Shown: piece by piece, positions 35,405 to 48,414 of the stretch
Position numbering within the stretch: position 1 is the first letter of the stretch
Layout: every line of letters begins with the position of its first letter
DNA from: Octopus vulgaris
Lineage: Eukaryota
DNA: 64,000 bases
Direction: 5' to 3'
Assembly (NCBI GenBank): GCA_951406725.2
Contig: OX597830.1
Location: forward strand, 56,110,001-56,174,000
Position numbers and translations under genes: made by a program
Notes under the pieces: generated by a model
The model's database searches: none
The model's input: the letters and a program-made list of their open reading frames with translations, nothing else
What the model was told of the DNA's origin: nothing

Positions 35405-35537
35405 GTGTGTTCTCCATTACCTCAACAGCGTCCATAATTTGAGTCTTCAATCAATGGACAACAACCTCCAGACTCCACTCCATATTGTCTGTCAAATGGG
35501 TCACTTAGAAGCTTTGAAGTATCTCACCAAAAATCAG
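35405..35537 (+). CDS. Ankyrin-DHHC exon 3 (CVLHYL...QTPLHIVCQMGHLEALKYLTKNQ)
   Basis: Ankyrin repeat; polypyrimidine acceptor; donor CAG|GTTTTT. Confidence 0.92.
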
Positions 35538-36873
35538 GTTTTTCTAATGCTTTTTTTTACATATATACATATTGTTTGTTTTTTACCATTTTAAGGGCAG
35601 TAGAATTGCTGAATCTGTGGAATGACAGTAAAAATAATGCTTTACAGTATTTATTTACATTTACATACTGAGTCAAAATCTCAGCAGGGCCAACTTTATC
35701 TTCCGTCCTTACTCAGTTGATAAAATAAGTGCCTGTTAAGCACTGGTGTGATATAGTCTGCTCATCTCCATCATTCCAAATTTATGGCCAAATAGCAATT
35801 CTCATATAAGGAATTGCTATTTTATATTTTATATTAATTCCTGCTGTTTGTAGTGATTTTTTTTTTCAAAATAGAAACCACAAAAAAAATATATAATGGC
35901 TATTTCCATTGTTGTTTAGCCCCACTACACCCTGTCCTTTCTCTCCAAAACGCAAGTTGTCTGGAATTCTTTCTCATTTATGCTTTCCATACAGCTGTTG
36001 ACTTTCAACTATTTAATTAGATTAACCACGCCAATCTCACACATCTTAAACAACTTGTGAAAGCTATAGACAAAACCACTACCTCTAGGTCAGCGCTGTT
36101 CAAGCAATCCTGTAATCGAAGATATTACAGTTTTTACAATCCCTTCTTTCTTTTAACAATAATATACCTAGAATTGCATTATTGGATGTATCTCTTGTAA
36201 GACTCTACATTGTGATTTCAGATGGATTTGGCTGTTATTTCTTGTAGGGTGAGTGACAACACGGTGGCTCCTCGATGGCTCGTGTTGGGACACAGTTTCT
36301 ACTTTTAGTTGGAGTAAGTAGAGTTATCTACCTTACATCCGCCCATTCTGGATGTAAGGTATAAATACACAGTCTAAAGCTACAGATACTGGTTTATCTG
36401 GATGTTGTCATTTAGCCCTAGGTGAGGACTGGCCTGTTTATATTCGTGTAGCATAACATGGGAGCAAGACAACAACAACGGCAGTATACTTACATAAACA
36501 CACAGGAGGCGTAACTGTGTGGTTAAGATCACCTCCTAACCATTGATACTGCTTGTACTATAACATCAGATAGACTGAGGCCTTGTGCGTAGATTTTGTA
36601 GACGGAAATGGAAAGAAGCCCATCATATATAAATATGTATATCGATGAGAAACCACTTTTAGCCACCTTTGATAGGCAGTCTCAACACCACATTTTTCAG
36701 TTGCAAGCTGGAGTTTCAGTGATAAACCAAACTGAACACTCAGTACATTATGTCAGTTATACTTTGATAAAGAATATAGAATATTATTTATTCAAGGATT
36801 TCTTCAAATGTTGTGTAGCAGCAATTATTTAGAAATCTAAATGCACCACTATTTGAAATAAATGTAAAATAAT

Positions 36874-37290
36874 AGGCACAGGAGTGGCTGTGTGGTAAGT
36901 AGCTTGCTAACCAACCACATGGTTCCGGGTTCAGTCCCACTGCGTGGCACCTTGGGTAAGTGTCTTCTGCTATAGCCCCAGGCCGACCAATGCCTTGTGA
37001 TTGGATTTGGTAGACGGAAACTGAAAGAAGCCTGTCGTATATATGTATATATATATATAAGTGTGTGTGTGTATATGTTTGTGTGTCTGTGTTTGTCCCC
37101 CTAGCATTGCTTGACAACCGATGCTGATGTGTTTACGTCCCTGTCACTTAGCGGTTCGGCAAAAGAGACCGATAGAATAAGTACTGGGCTTACAAAGAAT
37201 AAGTCCCGGGGTCGATTTTCTCGACTAAAGACGGTGCTCCAGCATGGCCGCAGTCAAATGACTGAAACAAGTAAAAGAGTAAAAGAGAGT
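36874..37290 (+). mobile_element. Abundant tRNA-derived SINE with internal (TA/TG)n (copies at 9929-10300, 19085-19465, 42063-42490 minus, and many fragments)
   Basis: ggagtggctgtgtggtaag..ggttcagtcccactgcgtggcaccttggg..ggcggtgctccagcatggcc..actgaaacaagtaaaagag. Confidence 0.85.
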
Positions 37291-38282
37291 AATACCATGA
37301 TATGGAGGTATGACATGAAAACAGCACAGCTCCCATGACTTTCGGAAATATTTTTTTTCACACTGAAGCATGGAACAAATTACCTGCATCATTTATTGGC
37401 TGCCGAGACATTGCATCCTTTAAAGCCTCCATGCTTCCTGAAATCTGCCAACACTACACCTGATATCCCCACCTCCTTATGCATGCACACATATATATCA
37501 TGACTCATACACTGTTCACTTTCCTGGCATTTGTACATAATTCTATGTACTATACATTCACCTTTGATAAGTTGTAGTGCATCTGAGCACTATACACAAT
37601 GATTTCATTCATTCATCATCATCATCATCATTATTATTATTACTATTATTATTATTGTTATTATTATGACATTTCAAGGTTCTTTTGGTGTTTCCTTTGA
37701 AATTATTGAAAGTTATAAGTTTCCTGAAATTCTTCAGGCAGACTGTTGCATTTATGTTTTTTTTATTGATGCCAAAAGGTCGTGTGATCTAAAAAATAAA
37801 TGGGCCCCTTGTTTTGGTAAGTAATTTTTGATAAAGTCTGCTTATACATAGCTTGGACACCACCATGTGTAGTCATTATTGTTAGTATACACACACACAC
37901 ATGCAAATAAACACTTGACATATACACTCATACATATAAATACATATGTATATAATATATACATGTAAACATGTACAAAAATGTACACATGCATATATAC
38001 ATGTGTATAAAAATATGTGACAAATATACAACCATGCACCCCATGTGTGTGTGTGTGCATTAAAAGCACATGTGCCAGTCTATGCAGAAAGCACTCATGC
38101 TGGTCCATGTAAGTGGCACCCAGCACATTCTGTAAAGTGGTTGGCATTACAAATGGCATTTAGCCATAGAAACCATACCAAATCAGGCTAGAACTTGGTA
38201 CAGCTTGCTAGTTCTGATGAAACTGTCCATCCCATGCTAGCATTGAAAACAGGCATTAAATGGTGATGATAATGTGTGTGTG

Positions 38283-38319
<37 letters not shown>

Positions 38320-38502
38320 CTACATACAAATGTGCATAATATACATTCACCCACACACAAACACTAACATATACAAACCACATGTGTATGTGTGTGTGTG
38401 TGTGTGTGTATTTGCTAGCATATCAAGAGCTATACCACTCTGTGACCCCACGACACATCTTGTATGCACATAGTTTACAATGCATACATAATATATAATT
38501 CC

Positions 38503-38537
<35 letters not shown>

Positions 38538-38781
38538 GATGGGCTTCTTTCAGTTTCTGACCCCCATATCCACTCACAAGGCTTTGGTCGACCCAAGGAC
38601 ACTTGCCCAAGGTGCCATGCAGCGGGACTGAACCCAGAACCATGTGGTTGGGAAGCAAGCTTCTTACCACTCAGCCACGCCTACATATATATTATCACTT
38701 GAACTCTGTAATATATTCTATATTTATCTTTATAATAAATGTATTTGACATATTACTAACGACTTGTTTGTTTGTCCACAG

Positions 38782-38966
38782 CGTTCTGATGTGTTCCAGA
38801 AAGATGTCGACGGAAATACAGTGCTACACCTAACTGCAAAGGAAGGTTTTAGCCATATTTCTTGGATTTTGTTGAATGTTGGGGATTGTAGTCTGTTACG
38901 CATGAAAAACAAACAGAATATGACGCCACTAGACCTGGTTCTTCAAAATCCAAAAAAAAAGAACGA
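38782..38966 (+). CDS. Ankyrin-DHHC exon 4 (RSDVFQKDVDGNTVLHLTAKEG...NMTPLDL)
   Basis: Ankyrin repeat and terminal TPLDL cap; donor GA|GTAAGC. Confidence 0.92.
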
Positions 38967-39644
38967 GTAAGCTTAATTTTTCTTTTTTGTTGTTTAGTTT
39001 TAACAAAGCAGTCTTTTTCATCAAAGGCATTCCATCCACGACCATATCATCTTAGTTTCTCTGCTGCAAGTGTATCCATTAAAACTAAACAAAAAAAAAA
39101 AAAAAAATTCTTGTTTAGTTTTAATGAAGCAGCCCTTTTCATCAAAGGCATTCCATCCATGACCATCTTGTCTTAGTTTCTCAGCCAATGCATCTAGCCC
39201 TACCTTATACTGTGTGTCTTTCCATATCAAATACTTCATCATAATACTCCTCATCTGCAACACAAGTCAGTAGACATTTATGTAACTGAATGTTTGTCAA
39301 TTGAATTAAGATCCTAAAACTAAGGTGCCACATAAAAAGCAATAGCGCTGGTGCCATGTATAAAGCACTGGTCTTGGTGCTGTGTAAAAAGCACCCAATA
39401 CATTCTGAGGAGTGTTTGGCATTAGGAAGGGAATCCAGCTGTAGAAACCAGGCCAAAACAGTCTATGGAACCTGGTACAGCCCCTGGCCTTACCAGTTCC
39501 TGTCAAGCCATCCAACCCATGCCAGCATGGAAAACAGACATTAAATGATGATGATGATGTTTGTCGATTCTCTCTTTCTCTTTCTCTTTTAAATCATCAC
39601 ATATATTTCACCAGAATCTATCTCCATTCTTTCTCCATTTGCAG

Positions 39645-39884
39645 CCATAAACAGCTGGTGTCTCTCCTGTCATATATGTCTTCAAAAAACAGCAACCAGA
39701 AACCTCCAAGTCCATTGTTTATCTGGTGGCTTCAACTACTACAGCCCTGCCTTGTCTATACCAGTATGCTTGTTATTGCACATATGACGGGAGACCAGTA
39801 CCAAGGCGCTGTTGCCATCTTTGCTCTCCTCTACTTTCTATTTCTTCTCAGGAAACATTCACACAGAATGAATCATGTATGCAA
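39645..39884 (+). CDS. Ankyrin-DHHC exon 5 (first transmembrane segments)
   Basis: Acceptor ttgcAG|C; hydrophobic stretches; donor AA|GTAAGT; frame consistent. Confidence 0.88.
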
Positions 39885-39908
39885 GTAAGTCGATATTATG
39901 TCTCATAT

Positions 39909-40128
39909 TTAATCCTTTAGTATTTAAACCAGCCAAAATATTCTACCTATTTCCTGTTCAAACCAACTAGATTGGGTTTCTCACACCTGTGGTAAAATGA
40001 ATGTCATTCAAAAAATATACAATCTCATCATCAAAATCTCAAAGGTACAAGATTATGGCTGATTAATTCAAAACAAAGTCAGTAAATAAGAATTGTAATG
40101 CAATTTAATTTGAATGCTAAAGGGTTAA
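39909..40128. mobile_element. piggyBac-like MITE (relatives at about 11582-11800 and 40682-40900)
   Basis: TTAA-flanked termini tcctttagtatt...aatgctaaagggTTAA. Confidence 0.55.
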
Positions 40129-40927
40129 GGCAATGAGCTGGCAGAGTTGTAAAAAAAACAAAAAAACAAACTGGGTGTGTTATGATTAATGCTCAAGAAA
40201 ATTGGAAGAAGTCTTTAATGCTTTGAGCCTGTTCTCTTCTACAGAAAGGGGAGATGAGGGGAGAGAAAAATAAAGAGAAAAGAGTAAGTGTGCCTAAATT
40301 GAATGGTCACCACATGCTGAAAGGACTGGAAGAGGAAGAAATGGGCATTGTGTGTATTTGTACCCTTGTTTTGATATTATATGCTGATTGTAAATGAGTA
40401 CCCTTGCCATTCAAGCAGAGCTGTGCCTTTGCAAACTTCTGTGAAAAACATTTCTGACCATGGGGAAATATTACCTTGCTTGGAAACAGGTAAACGGTGT
40501 GGCAGGAAGGGCATCTGGTCATAGAAAATCTGCTTCATCAAATTCTATCTGACCCACGGAAGCAGGGGGAAGTGGACATTAAAAGGAGGAGGAGAGTGGT
40601 GGTGGTGATGTGTTCATGTGTGTGAGTGTGCTATCAATTTGTCAGTACTTATTTCAATGTGTTTTTTCTTTTTATTGTTCTTTAACCTTTTTGATACTAG
40701 CTTACCTGTGACCAGTTTTGGTCCTTGTTTTAAAATTTATATAAATTATAACTTTCCATCAAAATTTCAAGTTAATTTATTGTTCAAAAACACCAGCAAC
40801 ATAACGACGTCTGTTTTAGTAAATTAGACTTTATTTTAAAAATTAATCGAAATTAACCCAGTATATTTCAACAGAAATATATTAATAACAAAATGGTTAA
40901 TATTATTTTGTCCCTTTGTTTTCTCAG

Positions 40928-41010
40928 ATGGCCGAACCCTGTTTATGCTGGGATGTTTTCTGCCGGTCTCCTTTATTCAATATTTACCTACTTTTTGATT
41001 TTATTACCAA
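40928..41010 (+). CDS. Ankyrin-DHHC exon 6 (WPNPVYAGMFSAGLLYSIFTYFLILLP), followed by a U12-type donor
   Basis: Read manually. Acceptor ttctcAG|A; transmembrane helix; donor |GTATCCTTTT. Confidence 0.85.
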
Positions 41011-42265
41011 GTATCCTTTTTTGGTAACACAATTATCTCCCATGTTTGCTTTGCTCTCTGTTTCTCATCTTCATTCTTAGTTGTGCCTTTAAAGGGGCCA
41101 CTCAATCTGTTAGAAATAGCAGCCAAATTTCCCCCAAATCTCATCCTATAAATTTAAATAAGGAATGGGCACTTGAGAAAATGTTGGAATAAGTCAAATG
41201 GGACAGCTGTTTGGATGCCCAGAATTTTGCATGGGACTGACATAAACACTTTCCTTTTCCTCATATGCATAAAGAGATATATACTCACACACATAAACAG
41301 AGAGAGAGAGAGAGGTGGGGAAAGAGCAAGAGAGTCATTAAAACGTCTAAATAAGTTAGTGTTGAATCAATGATGCCAAAACGGCATTGCTAAAACATCA
41401 CATACCCAGAAAAGTACATACCCCTCTAAAAGCAGGATGGTCGAAGTTGGAATGGCCTAAAGCATAGATCTGCTTGATCAAAATTGATTGGGACTAAACA
41501 ACGACAGTAAATCCTGTTGTATTTGTTTAACTCCAGGTCAACCTTGACCAAGCAGACCTGTGATCAGAATCGTTTAGCCATGATAATTTCGTCTTCTTTT
41601 ATGCGTAGTATATCCAGGACTACATTTATCCAAAGAGTTTTTCCTTCGTTTTTATTGGTAAGATGTGATTTGATGGAGATTTGGCTGATATTTCTTGTAA
41701 TAGTTGTCATTTCTTTGGCTTGAAAGAGCTCCTGAGGTTTTAAGAACAGAAAGAACATATTGGCAGATGTAATCTGGAGAACCCTATGTTGGAAATAAGA
41801 TGGAATGATTGGGATATGTTTGATCACATGTTTTCTCAGTTCAGGGCTTCATCAGAGCTAAACAGTAACAACCACTAGTATTTCCTTTGTCAAATAAGTA
41901 AAAAAATTAAAAACACAAAATCATGATTTGAACCCAGTTCCAAAGGACTCTAAAGTTGATGCATGTGTGTGTAAAACCATTAAGTCAGGAGATAATGAGA
42001 GATGAACATATATATTTATTTAACCACCTGACTTCCATAGGATCATGGTTGTTTCACAACCTTACTCTTTACTCTTTTACTTGTTTCAGTCATTTGACTG
42101 TGGCCATGCTGGAGCGCCGCCTTATTCTTTGTAAGCCTAGTACTTATTCTATCAGTCTCTTTTGCCAAACCACTAAGTTACGGGGACGTAAACACACCAG
42201 CATTGGTTGTTAAGCGATGTTGGGGGACAAACATATACACACACACACACACTTACATATATATG

Positions 42266-42307
<42 letters not shown>

Positions 42308-43361
42308 TATATATATACATTTCTACGACGAGCTTCTTTTAGTTACCATCTACCAAATCCACTCACAAGACTTTGGTCGGCCCAAAGCTATAGTAGAAGA
42401 CACTTGCCCAAGGTGCCATGTAGTGGGACTGAACCCGGAACCATATGGTTCGTAAGCAAGCTACTTACCACACAGCCACTCCTGCGCCTATTCATGTATT
42501 ATTAATTTCAGTATGGCAGAAATTACGCGTTCTTGTTTGGGTTAATCTATATGCTCAGCATGACCACCAAGGTTGGCTTTGCCTTTCATTCTTTCGGGGG
42601 TCAATGTAATTGACTTACCCGCTTCACCAAAATTGCTGGCATTGTGCAAAAATTTGAAATAAATATGTAATAAAAAATAAATAATCTTGAAATAAACCTT
42701 GAAATCTTGAAATAAATAATCTTGATCTGGCAGAGTCTCGACAGCTTGTTGGCATTGGGAAGGGCATCCATCTGTAGAAACTCTGCCAGATCAAGATTGG
42801 AGCCTAGTGCAGCCATCTGGTTCGCCAGCCCTCAGTCAAAATCGTCCAACCCATGCTTGCATGGAAAGCGGACGTTAAACGATGATGATGATGATGATGT
42901 ATGCTCAGCATTATACAGTACAATTGTGTATTCACAAATTAATGTAAATAACGAAAGCTAGCTCATCAGATCACCAGAACATCGATATTTTCCATTACAT
43001 GGACACTACATTACACTCTTTTCTAATTGATTATTATGTAGACTGTTAGCCGAATCCAAAGGAAAAACTTCCTGTGATAGCCACACAATTTTCTGAATCC
43101 ACACCTTATACTACTCATTTATATATATATGTAAGCCAAATCAGACTAGAAGTTGATGCAGCTTTCCAACTTGCTAGCTGTAGTCAAACCATCCAACCCA
43201 TGCCAGCATGGGAAATGGCCATTAAAGGAGGATGATGATGATGATGATGTACATATGCGTGTGTGTGTGTATATATATATATGTGTGTGTGTGTGTATAT
43301 ATATATATGTGTGTGTGTGTATATATATATACACACACATATATATATATATATGTATATA

Positions 43362-43423
<62 letters not shown>

Positions 43424-44267
43424 TACACATATATATATAGCTGATATTATAGCTCAAACGTTCCATGAGTCCACAGTTTGTATTGCCACATTGCTACTTG
43501 AGTAGATTGACCTGCTACAAATAGCAACCAAATCTTGTGTGGCTGTGTAGTTAAGAAGTTTGCTTTCCAACCATGTGGTCTTGGGTTCAATCCCAATGCA
43601 TGGCAGTTTGGCCACTTCTCTTCTATAGCCTTAGACTGACCAAAGCTTTGTGTAGTTTTGCTTGATGGAAACAAAAAAAGGAGCCCGTTGTATGCATGTG
43701 TGTGTGTGTGTGTATCTATCTACCTATCTGTCTATCTGTTTATCTATCTACGTATTTATGAGTGTGTACCCATGTCGTGACATCAGGTCATTGTTGTAAA
43801 CAAGCATCACTGTCAAACAAGCAGTGTGGTTCGTTTCCAGTCTTCTGTGTAAAAGATGTTGAGCCATGGGGAAATATTACCTTGCTTGGAAATAGGTGAG
43901 GGTTGGTGACTGATAGAGCATCTGGCCATAGAAAATTTGCTTCAACAGATTTCATCTAACCCATGTAATCACAGAAAAGGAAGAACAAAGACATATATTG
44001 ACCTGCTAGAAGCCTCACTTGACCTGCTAGAAAAAGCAGCCAAATCTTTTTCAGCTTACTCTCTTCTGCCATTAAAAACAGAACAAACACATTAAATTAC
44101 AGAATGGTCACTTCTACTGAACAAGGTATGACCTGAGGTCAAACAACATCAGCAACCATGCCGCCCACCGATACTAGCGTTATTGCCATCTTAATTTACA
44201 ATCATGAATACGTGTTTTGTGATGACATTGACTTAGATATCCTACCATTCCTTAATTCAACTTTCAG
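41011..44267 (+). other. U12-type (minor spliceosome) GT-AG intron
   Basis: 5' splice site GTATCCTTT; branch site TTCCTTAAT at 44248-44256, about 12 nt before the AG at 44266-44267; no long polypyrimidine tract; splicing here restores the frame into the DPG motif. Confidence 0.85.
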
Positions 44268-44360
44268 ATACCAGAGATTATATATTTTTGCATTGTCTTT
44301 CCCCATTTTTGACGACCCTTTTGTTGTATTTATACTGGAAAATGCTGAGGACCGATCCTG
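44268..44360 (+). CDS. Ankyrin-DHHC exon 7 (NTRDYIFLHCLSPFLTTLLLYLYWKMLRTDPG)
   Basis: Transmembrane helix ending in the DPG motif conserved before the DHHC cysteine-rich domain; donor G|GTAGGT. Confidence 0.88.
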
Positions 44361-46076
44361 GTAGGTGTATTATATTTTTTGTATTCAAAGCAAATATTAT
44401 AAATTTGTCTTTACAGGATCCAGAGCCAGATGATGTGATGGCTGGCATTACACAGTAATAGAGATAATTTCATGATTGTCATGACAGGATCCAGATTCTG
44501 GTTATGTGATAAGGTGGTTATCATCACATATTGGTAGAGACAATTCTATGCCTACCCTCACATATGGTCACAAACGTTGGGTTATGACTAAAAGACTACA
44601 GTTGTGAATGCCAGCAGCTGAAATGGGGTTTCTTGACAGAATGTATAGCTCAGAGATCAGGGAGTCTCTCCAGGTTGAGCCACTACTCCACATTGAGAGG
44701 TCATAGCTCCAGTACTCTTGGACATGCGATTAGAATATATTTCATCTGTCTTTTAATGTTCTGAGTTCAAATACCATTAATGTTGACTTTTCCTTTCATC
44801 CTTTTGAAGTCAATAAAATAAGTACCAGTTGAGCACTGGGGCTGATGTAATTGATTTACCCTCTACTCCGAAATTTCTGGCCTTGTGTCAGAATTTGAAA
44901 TCAGCATTGCCGTCGTCGCCACCGCCACTTTGTCTGTCTCTATGTTCTGAGTTCAAATGCCAAGGATGACTTTGCCTTTCATCTTTTCAGGGTTGATAGA
45001 ATAAATACATCAGGGTTGATGTAATTGACTAGCCCCCTCCCCACAAATTCCAGGCCTTATTATTATTAATATTATTATTATTGTGAAGGTACATGGTCTA
45101 GTGGTTTGGGTGTTGTACTCATGATTGCGAGATCATGGTTTCAGTTCCTAGAACCGGTGAAACATTGTGTTCTTGAGCAAAACATTTCATCTTGCATTGC
45201 TCTACAATCACATTACCACCTGATGCATGGTACACAGTGCTCCTGCTCGGGCAACGTCGATTTGATGGAGGAGTAAGCTAATGTACAGCACCTGCATTTG
45301 ATCATTATAAACAAATCGTTTGTACAGGTCGTTCAACAAAAGCTGAACATTCATATATCATCTTCGATGGGAGAGTCCATTATTGTTGTTGTTGCTGTTG
45401 CTGCTGTTGAGCAAACGGTCTTCGTCCCAGAGCTCACAAGATGGGAGAAGTCCAAAACGTGGTCCATTGCTATTTGTAAGACCCGCAGAAGAGAAAGCAG
45501 GTCAACCCCCGACACCGAGAGCATCGACGGATGGATGAATGCGCATCCAGGCTCAGCGGTTATGTAGGAAGTCGGGGACAAGAAACAGGAACAAAAAAGT
45601 GAGAGAAAGTTGGGGCGAAAGAGTACAACAGAGGTCGCCACCACCCCCTGCCAGAGCCTCGTGGAGCTTTAGGTGTTTTTGCTCAATAAACACACACAAT
45701 GCCCGGTCTGGGATGCCCTAACCATTGGGCCATTGCGCCTCCCTGCTGTTGTTGTTGTAAATATTTTTTTAGGAAGGATGCTATCTTGAGGTTCGGTGGT
45801 TTGGTGACAACAAGTCTCCTCAAATCTCAAAAATCTTTGTTAAGATTCTTGCAGAATATAAGGTTGTACTTTTCTGCAGGTTGATAGTGCATGCCTCAAT
45901 TCCAATATCCTTCGGTCCCTTAGGTATCAGTTTGAGTTTTTAGGCCAAATGCACCAATTACCACAGGAACTATTGTCACCTTTGTGTTCCACAATCTCTC
46001 TGACTAGGTCCTGGTATTTCTCAATTTAATTTTTTCAAATTCTCTGGTATCCATCATTTTATTATTTACTCTTCAG

Positions 46077-46183
46077 GTACAATCCGGTACTCCCTGTCTA
46101 AAGATGGCACTAATTGCCCTTATACACTAAAAGATCTGTGTGTTCCACCATTGAAAGTCGAAATATTTTGTGAAGAGTGTGAA
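46077..46183 (+). CDS. Ankyrin-DHHC exon 8 (TIRYSLSKDGTNCPYTLKDLCVPPLKVEIFCEECE)
   Basis: Ends in FCxxC, the first Zn ligands of the DHHC domain; acceptor cttcAG|, donor |GTAAGT. Confidence 0.9.
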
Positions 46184-46489
46184 GTAAGTTAAACATATCT
46201 TTGATTTTTATACTAATTTAAAATTTGTTTTTGTTTTTTGTTTTTTTTTTGGGGGGGGGGTTTCCACTATTTACGTTGTAAAAATTATTTCACACACACA
46301 CACACACTTTCGTATATATGAAGGGATACTAAAAAAAACTGGAATCTTGCAGTATTATTTTATTCACTTAGATTTACATGTTTATAATTTTATCACCTTC
46401 AAAGTATTCTCCATTTGAAACAATGCATCAGTCCAGACAATTTTTTCTACTGTGGAAGCATGTGAAAAGCACCCAGCATCACTACAAAA

Positions 46490-46900
46490 TCAGCATTCCT
46501 GCTTACTGGTATGAACATCATCCTGAGTCAGTCGTTGAAGATAAAAATGTCACTATCCTCTGGGATTTTGCAGTCAACACCAACAGAATCATCCTGGCTA
46601 ATCAAGCATAATCATTAAAGACAGGGAAGAAAATACTTGTAGACTTATAGATATAAGTGTTCCCATTGATAAAAATAGATCTATCGAGGGATTTGACATT
46701 ATTAAAAAAATATAAGGACCCAGTGATTGAAATACAAAATTTGTGGTATCTTAAAAAGAGAACTGTTCTTGTTATTGTGGGTGCCCTAGATATGATAAAA
46801 ATAGATGTCAGAAACATCCAGATAACATCCCAGGAGAACCATGTCTCAGAGAAATCCAAAAGACTGTTCTGACAAGTACTACCCACATCCTTGGAAAAAC
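46490..46900 (+). mobile_element. R4/Dong-like LINE restriction-like endonuclease C-terminal relic (a second, minus-strand relic lies at about 45800-46020)
   Basis: WYEHHPESVVEDKNVTILWDFAVNTNR...KYKD..IEI..LW...VIVGAL. Confidence 0.75.
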
Positions 46901-47147
46901 CCTATCCATTTAAATGTCTGTTTTGTATTACATGAAGATATTTTGCTACTTCCCCTCCCCAAGCTTTCAGTCATACTGTAACATCTCTTATCCTTCATTC
47001 GCCCCAGGACACTGGGGTATCTCAGCAAGTGACTGTAACAAACATGCAGGTTAAAAGTAAAAAAATGATAATAATAATATAGAATTTTCATTATGCAATG
47101 CCTGTCTAATAGATATTTTAATTTTAATAATTTTCTTTCGTTTCTAG

Positions 47148-47600
47148 ATTGTGCGAAGTCCTCGAGTGAAACATTGCCGCCTCTGTGTGACATGCTTCCA
47201 AAATATGGACCATCATTGCCTCTTTCTGCTGAAGTGTGTTGCGAAGAATAACCACACATTGTTTGTGTGGTTTCTTATTTGCTGTGCAGCCAGTCTGAGT
47301 TTCTTCCTCCTCACTGCATTACTCTATTGTATTAATGTTTACAAAGACTTCACCGTTCTTGAAACGGTCGTCATACTGATACGGAGCAACATCTGGATCT
47401 TGACCCTCTCCACCATGGATCTCTTCTCCCTCGCTTGGATTCTCACGTTGATCCGATTCCAGTTTATCATAGTTTCTCAAGGGAACACTACATATTTCCA
47501 AAAATCTGACAGTGTTTTGACATCCACTGAAAAGCTGTTGAACATTGCATATTTCTTACAAGGAAAGCAGCCGTTCGCATCGGATCCCTTTGCAGCATAA
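47148..47600 (+). CDS. Ankyrin-DHHC exon 9, DHHC cysteine-rich domain, last transmembrane helices and stop (CDS total 1713 nt, 570 aa)
   Basis: RxKHCxxCxxCxxxxDHHC motif; two further transmembrane helices; TAA at 47598-47600; summed exon lengths are divisible by 3. Confidence 0.95.
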   Translation: MVRSPRVKHCRLCVTCFQNMDHHCLFLLKCVAKNNHTLFVWFLICCAASLSFFLLTALLYCINVYKDFTVLETVVILIRSNIWILTLSTMDLFSLAWILTLIRFQFIIVSQGNTTYFQKSDSVLTSTEKLLNIAYFLQGKQPFASDPFAA

Positions 47601-47699
47601 TACTACTTGAGATCATTCACAGACATTAAGTATTTTCATTTTACCAATGACACATGCTCTCTCTCTCTCTCTCTCTCACACATGAACACACACACTCAC

Positions 47700-48240
47700 A
47701 CATACATATTTATTAAGTGCTACATCAAACATGTGACACAAACGCAAATACATAGTGGTTAATGAAACACACTCACATTAAGTGTTATATACCACAAGTG
47801 ACACATACATGCACACAACACAACGCATATTAAGTGCTACATAAAACGTGATATATATTGAGTGCTACATAAAAGATGCGACACATATAAAATGCTACGT
47901 AAGATATACCACACATGTATTAACTAATGCATGAAACATAACATACATATATTTTAAATGGTGCGTTCTACTTGTGACAGATATATTAAGTGCTACATGA
48001 GTCATGTGACACATTAGATATTACATGAAATATGATTTACACAAGTGCTACATTAGACATGTAATATATATATACTGATTGCTACGTAAGACATGTGACA
48101 TATATTAAGTGCTACATAAGATGTATGACATTCATATTAAGTGCTACATGAAACATGTTACATGCATATTAAATGCAATATGACGTGTTACACACATTAA
48201 AAGCTACAAGATGTATGTGACACATGCATTATGTACCGCA
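47700..48240 (+). repeat. Degenerate ~30-bp minisatellite in the DHHC gene's 3' UTR or flank
   Basis: attaagtgctacat..acatgtgacac repeated more than 10 times. Confidence 0.75.
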
Positions 48241-48272
48241 TGAGAATACATAAGACTGGTGACACTTTAATC

Positions 48273-48414
48273 CAGTGGTTCCCAACCTGTGGTCTGTGGA
48301 CCCCTGGTGGTCCATGAACATGCTAAGCTGACAGCCCTTTCAATATCTGGGGTCCATCGGAAAACTCATTTAAATAAAAGGGGTCTTTGGTAGTGAAAAG
48401 GTTGGGAACCATTG
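48273..48414. mobile_element. hAT/Charlie-like MITE
   Basis: TIRs cagtggttcccaacc / ggttgggaaccattg; degenerate 8-bp TSD ctttaatc / ccttagtc. Confidence 0.7.

Noticed and set aside
41825-41860. Other CTGATGA occurrences as hammerheads (also near 7185, 38215, 42965, 56952)
   Set aside because: No matching stem II + GAAA + NUH architecture.
44158-44364. 68-aa ORF overlapping exon 7
   Set aside because: Wrong frame; the spliced frame giving ...MLRTDPG is the conserved one.
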